Shown here one piece after another: positions 53,518-64,000 of a stretch of DNA of 64,000 nt. Source of the DNA: Octopus sinensis (lineage: Eukaryota); assembly GCF_006345805.1 (NCBI RefSeq), contig NC_043006.1:103354001-103418000 (forward strand), read 5' to 3'. The position numbers were made by a program, and so were the translations under genes. Position 1 is the first letter of the stretch. Every line of letters starts with the position of its first letter. The notes below the pieces were generated by a model. It saw nothing but the letters and a program-made list of their open reading frames with translations, made no database searches and was not told the DNA's origin.

Positions 53518-54216
53518 ACTATACATACACACATATATATGCATATTATACATCATTTCCTAATTATATTTAAGACCCTGGTCATATGGAATTATGTTTT
53601 AGCAATATCTTCGAGCGCGTTATTCACATATATTCATGCAAATAATTTAACAGGTAAATTTTATCGTGTTTTTCCGGAAACACACATTTATCCTATTACA
53701 TCTCTTCTTTTCTATCTTCGAAAATATGTTCCGATAATAATAGCCATATTGTAATGTATGATTTGCTTTTCATAACCATGAAATCTATTTAACCGTTAGT
53801 CTATTTAAATAAAACGTAAAATTTGGAGACAGTTTAGTACTGATACCATCGTATGAATAGAATACATTTCTACAAAAGCATCCATTTTCTTTCCTTTATC
53901 TCTGTTGTAAATGTATACAAATTACAATTTTAAATATGGTCGTGTTCTTTTAGAAAGTATTCAAGTATTGAAATATGTGAATTGAGAAATATAGACGTAA
54001 GATATTTTAAACATGAATTATATCAGTTTTTATTCGCTCCAGCTTAACGGAATTTTAGATGATGATATAAAAAGTGTTAAGTAGCTGAAGTTTGACATTC
54101 ATGGTAACTGAAACGATTTAATTGACATTTGTATAAAATATTTAACGTTACTAATTTCTAACTGCGTGTCTAGTTGTAGCCTTCCTAAGTACGTATATGC
54201 ATACATACGCACACAA

Positions 54217-54259
<43 letters not shown>

Positions 54260-55423
54260 AATAAATATATATATATATTACACACCACAAATAAATATAT
54301 ATATATATATACAAATAGATATATATATGTGTATATATATATTTATGTTGTGGGTAGCGATTTTCTTCACTACTTTAGGGAGTGACGAGCCTGCCTGACA
54401 CGAATTCCGGGCTCAGCTGGCTCCGGCTGACACCTGACAGTACCCAGTATGGGCCCCTATCCAGGGTTACAGAAAGGAGACAACCTTCAAAGAAATCCAG
54501 AGTGGAGCCCCGTAGGCTGTTTAGTGTTCGACTCGACACTCTTCTGGCAGCTCCTACAACCAAGCTGGTGCCAAACGTAATGCTCTGCACTCTTTTGGAC
54601 TACATCAGCAAGGTCGAGACAGGAATCCTGACGATTGGGCTACCCAGGATTTTCTTACGTCTAGCCCAGGTCTGCGCAAAACTGGAGAGGAAATTGGAGA
54701 GGACATGAAATGTAAAAATCAGACTGGATTAGTTTATGCGCAACTCCATTGTCTCCCGACACAAAAGGATGCCAACAACATATGTATATGTGTAGAGTGT
54801 TAAGTGTGATGTACAGAATTGTATGTTGAGAAAAAAAAGTCAGAATTTTGGGAAAAAATCCTTTTATTTCTTCATTATTATCCTTTGATTCAGGAGTTTC
54901 TTCCAGAGATTTGGTTTCAAGTGAGTTTGTTCTTACTACTTTCTTGTTGTTTGTCTCTATTGTTGGAGCACCTATTCTATGGGTGTCATACGCAGTTCTA
55001 TTTGTATTCATGAAGATTGCATCCAGTCTTGAAAGAAGTAAATTTAAACTTATTAGATGTTTCTGTGAGAAGTTCTGTATTTTAGGGTGCTTCTCGGCTG
55101 CGAGTTTGATTGTGTTCCGTTCATTCTGGCGTCTGGGTACATCCAAGGAGATACGTATAGAGTGTTATGTGTGATGTACAAAACTGAATATTCAGGAAAA
55201 ATAATCGTCAGAATTTTGGAAAAAATCCATTTATACATATATATTATATATATATTGTATATATGTATTTATATATATATGTGTTTATGTATGTGCGTAT
55301 ATGTATATATATGTATATATATATATATTTGTTGTGCAAGATTTTTTATGTGAAATCGTGTGTTGAAGTAGATATTGTTGTATTTCGGAATGGTCATTTT
55401 GCCAGTTTAGCCAATAAAAACAC

Positions 55424-55494
<71 letters not shown>

Positions 55495-55608
55495 TATATA
55501 TATATATATAAGTGCAGCGAAATTTAGATTCAGATGAATATGGAACTTAAGTTAAAGGCACCAGAATTTCGCATGATATTATCCATATAAATCAAATGGG
55601 GTGATTGT

Positions 55609-55679
55609 AATCAAAATAAGCAACAAGGATATCCAAGGTAGTATAGATATCTTGGTTATCCTTGTTGCTTATTTTGATT
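55609..55679. repeat. 29-bp inverted repeat terminating a copy of the 23960-24075 repeat
   Basis: AATCAAAATAAGCAACAAGGATATCCAAG / CTTGGTTATCCTTGTTGCTTATTTTGATT, 1 mismatch, 13-nt spacer. Confidence 0.85.
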
Positions 55680-56288
55680 ATATATATATAGTTCATAGAT
55701 TAGATGTGTGTGTGTGTGTGTGTGTCTGTGTGTGCCTCTGCATGTGCCTCTGTGTCTCATTCTTGTGTAGTAACTAATTTCGAAAATGACATAACACATT
55801 GCGTAAGCAGTAATGAAGTGTAGTGGCTCGTAGTTTTTAAAATTAATATAAACGCTAAAAGTTTCAAGTGAAACGTTAATTCTGCTATTGTCAGTGGAAA
55901 TATTTACCGTCTAATGGAAACATTTCTCTTTCCTTCTGTTTATTAAAAATAGATACTAATTAGATACTAAATATGGTATGATAACAGTCTCTGAATCTTT
56001 AGTCTAGGGAGATTTTCAGTTTGATTTTAGTTTGTTTTAGTTTTCTATTTGCGTTTTTTTTTTCATATATACACTATACACTTGTTTCTTTTTATTTTAA
56101 TATAATCAGTTCAAATCAGATGAAATTTGTCGATGTGAATACTTTTGACCACTATAGTTTATGTATTAAAACATACAAAGCTGTCTATGGTGAAAGGTAG
56201 AACTGCATATATATATATTTGTATGTGTGTGTGTGTATGTGTGTGTATATACATACATATACATATACATATACTTATATACATATAT

Positions 56289-56350
<62 letters not shown>

Positions 56351-56385
56351 ATAATATATATATATATACATAAGTATATAAAAAG

Positions 56386-56617
56386 TAGAAAAGAAACACC
56401 TTTTATCAATTCAAAATAAAATTACACACCATCTAGAAAATCACATATAACAGAATTGTTATTCTACCAATCATATACATCATTAATATTTTTTTTGCAA
56501 TTTACTTAATCATTGGTATTTTATTGTTATTTTAATTTTAATCTTCTATTATACGTAATTTTCTAGATGGTGTTATTTAATTGTTCATTTTGAATTGATA
56601 AAAGGTGTTTCTTTCTA
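56386..56617. mobile_element. AT-rich MITE-like element with ~65-bp imperfect inverted termini
   Basis: AGAAACACCTTTTATCAATTCAAAAT...CACCATCTAGAAAAT mirrored at 56550-56617; embedded in (TA)n. Confidence 0.75.
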
Positions 56618-56620
56618 ATT

Positions 56621-56654
<34 letters not shown>

Positions 56655-56655
56655 T

Positions 56656-56690
<35 letters not shown>

Positions 56691-56902
56691 CTATATATAT
56701 ATATATTATATATATTATATTGTGTGAAATTTGATTTAGTATTTCTAAATTGAATTTTTTTCACTATAAGTTTGGATTAATATTCCCTCAAATAATTATT
56801 ATACATAAATATATATATATATATTATATATACATATATATGTATATATACATACATATATATTTATATCGACCTATCTATCTATCTATCTATCTATCCA
56901 TC

Positions 56903-56933
<31 letters not shown>

Positions 56934-56983
56934 ATATATATATATATACATACATACATACATACATACATACGTACATATAT

Positions 56984-57086
<103 letters not shown>

Positions 57087-57508
57087 GTAAAGTCAATCAC
57101 CACATCAAAGTGGCTGTTCCATTTTATTATTAGTTTAACCACAGGCAGATTCTCCGTCAGCTGTTTATTGGTGTGACTCTGCTAGCAGCGAACCCTTTCC
57201 ACGATCTACTAGGTAACAGGATCGCGAGACCGACCCAGCTTCAACCTTTGCGACTTATCCCTTGTCGGTGCGTCACTGCACCCCTTATATACCATATATA
57301 TATATATTGTTATTAGCAAACCCCTACCACCCTCTAGCAAGCAAAAGGATCGTGAGTCTGACCCACTTTAGAGCTATTTGGCTCATCCTCAGTCGCGTGC
57401 ATCTCTTCGTCAGAGCAATAGCCAGAGCCCGCTCAGCCAGAGCCCGCTCAGCCAGCGCCCGCTCAGCCAGAGCCCGTTCAGCCAGAGTCCGCTCAGCCAG
57501 AGACAACA
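57087..57508 (-). mobile_element. probable solo LTR inserted in (TA)n
   Basis: Minus strand begins TGTTG, has GGTATATAAGGGG (~57290) then AATAAA (~57165); raised GC; the 3' end is not a clean CA. Confidence 0.45.
57421..57502 (+). repeat. 15-bp GC-rich tandem repeat (GCCAGAGCCCGCTCA) x5.5
   Basis: Directly visible. Confidence 0.95.
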
Positions 57509-58006
57509 ATATATTGTTTTGACATCTATTCTTAATTTTAGTGCCTTGACTCCCGTTTTTATGAAATCTAGTGCGATTTAAAAAAGAAAGGCTTTGTTTT
57601 ATAATATATATATATATATATATATAAATATCAATTTTGCCTATAAGTTATTAGCTTGCAGCCAGTAACGATAATGACTCTCATGACGGTTAATGTTCAC
57701 TCAGTTCGTTCTTCTCAATGCGTCATGGGCGTTGAAACGGACACAGGAATTGGTTGAAGTGATATACAAGAGTTTGTTACTAGTTGACATGACTAAGGAG
57801 AATAAAGCGTGATTCTTGGCGCTAAATTCCAAATGAAGATATCAAGTTAACTGACATTCCTTCTCGCAATATTCAGAGGTAAGACGCAATCCTTATTTTA
57901 ATTAACTTTTTTCAAGCCATGCTTGTGAAAATATGGTGTTAACTTGTCAGGCTTCGGAGTGTTTAGACTTCATTTTTAAGAAAAGCGCCCTTGTTATATA
58001 TTATTC

Positions 58007-58047
<41 letters not shown>

Positions 58048-58849
58048 CACACACACCACACACACACACACCACACACACACACATGTATATATATATAT
58101 ATGTATATATAAATATTCATTTGCCTATACGGTTTTAGCTTGCAGCCACTCACATTAATATCTCTCATGAGGGTTAATGTTCTTTATTTTTTTCTATATA
58201 TGCACATACATATATTTCAATCCCTCTGCCCCCTACCTCTCTCCTTTCTTTCCACGTGACTAGTGTTCGGTGAAGCATGATCCTTGTTTCTTGGCTCGAA
58301 TGCCGACCGCGAGGCATCTCTTATATTCCTGTCTCATAACTTTCATCTCTTATGTTCATCTCCTATGTTCCTCCCTTGAGGGAGGAACACAGCAGATGAA
58401 CATGCTAACCTGACTTGATTCGTCTTTATTAGTCGAACGAAACCTGTTCTCATTTCTTGTATTTATAATTGTGTAACACCCCCGTTTCTTTTTTTTTTTT
58501 TTTGCTTTTCTTGTGGTATGCATTCGCGCGCATTCTCCCCAAAATTTAATCCTCTAAACAAGCGCAAAAGGAAAAAAAACTTGTTGAAAATACTATTTTT
58601 GGTGTTTGTTGTAGTTGAGTATACACATTTTCGTTTCATGGAAAAAAAAATTCTTAATTCTTGTTCCAAATGCGCATAAATTAGCATTTTAATTAGGGCT
58701 TTCAAATGACATAAACATTTCTCATATATTGAAGAAATTATGAAAAAATAGAAATTGTTTTTTTTCTTCTTAAGTTGCTTGTAAATACTCCCGATATATA
58801 TTCCACACATTCACCATTTGTACATAACCGTAACATATGAAACATGAAT

Positions 58850-59640
58850 TAATCTCATATTTTATCTAATCAAAATAGACCCTCAATTTTGAAGACATTT
58901 CTTTGAATCGGTATTAAGCCACTTTCATATATTTTTGTAATACTTTGCTTTTACAAAAGAGTTAAGAGTTGAAGCTTTCAGGACTTAATAACATATATAC
59001 GCTGGTCATTATTAAGAAGCTTTATGAAATTAGGGCCGACATGTTGGAAGATATCGTATTTTTCATTAAAAATTTGTTAACAGTGTGGCCTTAAGTATTC
59101 ATATCTGTGCGCTTAGTACAAACAACTTTGGTTCCATTCGGGAGTTGATTTGAGTAAGCATGCTTGTACTTCACTTACATTACTTGTAATTGCCATTCTT
59201 TAAGATGGTAATAAGTTCATAACTTGGCCATATTTTTACTGACATGTTTCCTTTGCTCTATGCCTAGCCAATCTCTGTCTGTTCATAATCATCTTCTGCT
59301 ATTGAGAAGCCTGTTGTTCCTTGCATTTGACTCCATATCGAACATTTTGCTTCCTTTTCTCGGCTTTCTTCGCTTCGTTCCTGATGTCTTCTCTTGTTAG
59401 TCTACCCCTCCTTTCCATGACATCTTTTTTCTCTGCATCCCTGTTCTATGCGTATCTTGTTCTTTGCTTTTGTAATATTTCTTCTTTCTTCTTTTGATAA
59501 TTTGTATTGTTTTGAGCTGCTCTTTTGTCCATATTCAATTTCTTGTAATATGTCTTTCAGCACCATCCATATTGCAAAAGTGTTGTGTAGGGATTTGCGT
59601 TGTAAAAGGAATTTAAGAATGTATAGTCAATACGTATCTT
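58850..59640 (-). pseudogene. possible Helitron N-terminal region relic
   Basis: R/E/K-rich segment (MNRQRLARHRAKET) followed by LLTLL and NVFKIEG-like pieces in the expected order; heavily decayed. Confidence 0.3.
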
Positions 59641-60553
59641 TAGTACATATAAATCAATTTCAAATGGATACATTTGAAATAATATTTGGGCTCACATAAT
59701 TCAAAATGCAATGAATAATGCTAAATTTACTTATTCAAACGTTCACCCACATCAGAAAACCATCATATGATCTTGATGCAGCGGAAAGCGGAAGGACATT
59801 AGGTCCGTCTTTTTCATCCTCAGCAATAACTAAACATTTAGTAATTTAAGTTCTTGTTGCTGAAACCTGCTAGAATTTTCCCACAATGGATCACTACATA
59901 TATTCAATTCATGCCTTAAAAACGAAGGATTTTGAATGAGAGAAACAAATGTTTTACCTTGTCAAATAATGATGTGTGTCACCGGAAATGCGTTTTCCCT
60001 CAGCATTTGAAGATGATTGAAAACTCAAAACAGCTGGACATATATTGACAAACAGCTTACCACATTACAGTGTGTGTTCAGCACTTTCAGAAAAAGCAGA
60101 GAAAACACTGTTTCCCTATGTATGGCCATACATCATGAGTTGAAAGATCACAAAGTCGCCTAAATGAGCCAGCATTACTCTCCTGTCATAAACGTGACGT
60201 CTGACCTCATAACTTTCTGGAATAGAGAGAACCACTGTTTTTTTATTGCACAACAGGTGTGTCAGGGGTAGTCTACAAATTCAAACCTCAAAACTTGATT
60301 TTACTTAAGTCGCAGAAACGCTTAATCTAGTGCATTAAAGATTAATTGCTTGAGCTTCTGGGGAACTCTCTAACAATTAATCTTAAGTAATTAACAGCAG
60401 CTATAATAAGATCGTCCATTGTGTTTAAATATTTGATTAATGATGTCCGAGCATGCTACATGTGGACTTTGAAGTCAGTTGCTACATTCTTTCAGAAGTT
60501 ACAACAATTTAAAGTGAGAAAACCATGACTGTGTGCCCTGATTGTGCTATATA

Positions 60554-60642
<89 letters not shown>

Positions 60643-60839
60643 CATATATATATATATATATATATTTATGTGTGTGTGTGCATCTTTGTACACATTCACA
60701 CACACACACACACACACAGATATATGTATGGGAGATATTCAATCCAGTATTTACATGCTATTATTTATAGTTTTATGTGCTTCGAGATCCACTATTCCCA
60801 AAAATACTTTTCATTATATATATATATATATATAAATAT

Positions 60840-61073
60840 CGTAGGATCGCGGTTTCGTTTCCCATACTGGGTGTTGTGAGTGTTTATTGAGCGAAAACAC
60901 CTAAAGCTCCACGAGGCTCCGGCAGGGGGTGGTGGCGATCCTTGCTGTACTCTTTCGCCACAACTTTCTCTCACTCTTTCTTCTGGTGGCGTCATTTGAA
61001 GGCTAAATACAATGCGAATTGCATTGTAACCAGCGATGTGTAGCAACATCTGATAGCCTGGTCGGTCACGGTG
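60840..61073 (+). mobile_element. SINE family 4, 5'-truncated, alternative tail
   Basis: Middle matches 39300-39440; tail matches 50710-50795. Confidence 0.85.
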
Positions 61074-61463
61074 ATATATTCCTTTTCCTCCCATTTTTTT
61101 TATTGCTATAAGCCACTTTGTGTATCTACCTGTCTGTCTGTCTGTGTGTCTGTCGGTCTATTTGTCTCCCTAGCTTTCTAACTTATCTAGATATTTTTGT
61201 GTGAGCTTGCATGTAGATGTATATGTTTATATATGTGTGTGTGTATACGAGTTTGCGTGTTTATGTGAGTGCGTGTGTGCATGTGTGTTTGTGTGTGTGT
61301 GTAAACATCGTGAAAAATCGGTTTCCATTTGCCTGGTTCCCTCTTCGTTCCCGCCTTTTGGACATTTCTTTCTGCTGATTAAAACTCTAATATTAAATTC
61401 TATTTTCCACTCACCGAATTCACGTATCCATATTTCTCTTTTTCTCATTGAATTTAACAAACT

Positions 61464-61522
<59 letters not shown>

Positions 61523-63662
61523 CCTGTGTTCTCTTCCCCCATCTCTCTCTTTGCCTGTGGATTCTCTCTCTCTCTTCCTCTCTCTTTTTGCCTGTGTTTT
61601 TTTCATTTATAATTTGTCGTTTATATCCCCCCCTCTCTTATGCTGCTTTTGTTTTTGTCATGTTTAATGATCGCTCGTATTTTATTTGTTTTCCATTTAT
61701 CATTTTTTTATCTCTCTCCATAATTAAAGTTTCTGTGCTTTCGCCTTCAACACGTATATATTATAATACCCTAAGCAAGTCGTGATCGAGCTAACCTATG
61801 ATAAAAAAATGATCATAATAACAGTTTCTCACATGTATTGTATCTACCATGATATTGCATAATATGCATGCTTCGATAAGATGCAATTGGAGAGGACTTT
61901 GGTAGCTATTTTCTTGTAGGTCGAACGACGATTTCAAGGCTTCTTTCCGTAGTTTGTCGCTACTATTCGTGAAACGAAGGTTGGGGAAAATTTAATCCTG
62001 TGTTAGGATTGACTGAATCGTTGGTGTGACGAACCCAATGGCTTGTGGTATATTTTTCTGCTTTTTCAAATGCCACAGGGTCAAACTTTCGCATCTTTAT
62101 TTCGAGATATATTAAGAAACTGCGGGTCGCTCTTCTCGACAAACCCAACCTACAACATTGCTGGCCTTGTGCCAAACTTAGTTGTAATGATGATGATGAT
62201 GATGATGAAGATGATGATGATGATGATAATAATAATAATAATTATAATAATAATAGTAATAATCATAATAATAATAATACTAATGGCCGAACATTCAAAA
62301 GACATGTTTCACCTTTAAAAGATTTCTCAACCAGAATTAGCGTGGCATTGTCTAACACAGTTGTAATTCTATAATTAAATGTACTATCCACCCTTCGGGT
62401 TTCAATACAGTTTCCGTCTACTCTATTTCACTCACAAGTATTGGTCAACCCTAGGTTACAGGAATCGAGATTTGGCCAAGACCATTCTGTGGTCTTGGTG
62501 AAATCTCAATTTCTGTATAACAATACGCATACCCGAGGCATAGAGACCTGTTCTTGATAATTTCTGTTGTTTAGTTATCAGGGAAGACTGAACCTATGAC
62601 CCTTTACAGAGTTTATGAAACCGAGAGAAAGATGGAGTAATCTGTGTGTTGCTGTTCACTTTCCTTCCTCTTCTTTTTTCTTGGAAAGCGCACAGATCAT
62701 AGTACGAAATTCAGTGGTTTTAGTAGCTGTTGCTGCAAATGAATTGTTGTTGTTGTTGTTGAAGTTCTTATTGTTTTACACATTGGAATTATTGTTACCA
62801 TTTCTGTTGCTGAGACTATTGTTGTTGTTCTTATTTGCCTTCTACAATAATGTTTACTGTTGCAGCGGTGGTAGTGATGGAGTTGGTGGTTGCCATGTTC
62901 ATGGTCTTATTGTTGTTGCTGTTGCTGTTGAGCGAAGCGGTCTTCGTCCCAGAGCTCGCAAGATCGCGCCTCTGTAGTGAGAGAAGTCCGAAACATGGTC
63001 CTTTGCTATTCGTAAGACCCGCAGAAGAGAAAGCAGGTCAACCCCCGACACCGAGAGCATCGACGGATGGATGAATGCGCATCCAGGCTCTCAGCGGTTG
63101 CGTAGGAAGTCGGGATGATGTTGCTGTTGGTTGATGTCTGTGGTATTCTTTCTTTCAGTTGAGGGGAGTCAATTTAGTAGCTGAAATTAATTTCCTGTTG
63201 TTGCTGTTCCTGCTGTTGTTAGTCATCATAGTGGTAATTTGGTCTACTAGATTTTGAACTTGGTAAGTGTCATCTTCCCTTCCATTTGAGGGTTCAGGAC
63301 AGAGGACGCTGACGAATGTAGTAACTTACTAACAGAGCTACCTCTGATTTTCTCCTCCATGTCACTGACAAGAGAGGACAACACCATGTTTGTTCTTCAG
63401 ATTAATTTTCCCAAAACAAAGTGAAAATTCTTCTTTTAGTTCATCGTCTGGAATAACTGAAATTCACTGGGGTAATTAATCCTATTCCGTCTTCTTTTGT
63501 GACGTTTACAGTTAAGTTATTTGCCATCAATTCACTGTGAAGAAAGTTCTCTGTGAGGAAATTTTATCGAGAAAATATATCCATAGTATCTCACCATAAA
63601 TAGTTAAAAACTATTTTATTAAAAGAAAAACAAAAACAGTGAATTGACGACGGTGAACTTAC

Positions 63663-63738
63663 CGCACGTGTTCTGCGATATACAAATCTTACTATAGTTC
63701 TAATCTGTTGCAGTTCAACTTCCTCCCTCTCATCTTTT
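63663..63738 (-). other. candidate 76-bp exon of an unidentified host gene
   Basis: Pyrimidine-rich acceptor TCTCTTGTGCTTTCCTAG, one open frame (KDEREEVELQQIRTIVRFVYRRTRA), donor GCG|GTAAGT; no recognisable homology. Confidence 0.25.
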
Positions 63739-63906
63739 CTAGGAAAGCACAAGAGACTTCCGGGTATCTTGTGAGAAGATTAGTACAATCTGAACAAAGG
63801 AGTCAGTTTGATCTCTGCTAGTCTCAGAAATCTTCAGATCGTCCAAGAAGAATAAGTGGATGTTGTTCTTGTTGCTGTCATTTCTGCTAATTTTGTTGTT
63901 GTTCTT

Positions 63907-63946
63907 GTTATCATCATCATCATCATCACCACCATCATCATCATCG

Positions 63947-64000
<54 letters not shown>
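63907..64000. repeat. (TCA)n/(TTA)n microsatellite
   Basis: Directly visible. Confidence 0.95.

Noticed and set aside
54382-54708. 108-aa GC-rich ORF, faintly like a LINE 3' end
   Set aside because: Similarity is limited to a few residues; family not assignable by eye.

Overview
AT-rich animal genomic DNA packed with microsatellites. The tRNA-derived SINE families and repeat style suggest an octopus/cephalopod genome (inference). No intact host gene can be called. Most ORF-track entries are microsatellite artefacts; the real coding signal is decayed transposons: one split L1/Tx1-clade LINE, two mariner and one maT-like transposase relics, at least seven Penelope-like element (PLE; RT + GIY-YIG) fragments and a possible Helitron relic. 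There are also about 18 SINE copies, several MITE/foldback elements and a probable solo LTR. The strongest hidden signal is a set of minimal type I hammerhead ribozyme motifs in PLE-type terminal repeats. Two near-canonical motifs sit in the ~470-bp arms of an ORF-less 1.6-kb foldback element (28686-30286), and another lies at 52921-52983. Recurrent core variants (U3-A8 compensatory, U4C, A6U) are shared between copies. One PLE carries a tRNA-like cassette between its endonuclease ORF and a truncated hammerhead. All folds and alignments were read by eye; catalytic activity is untested.
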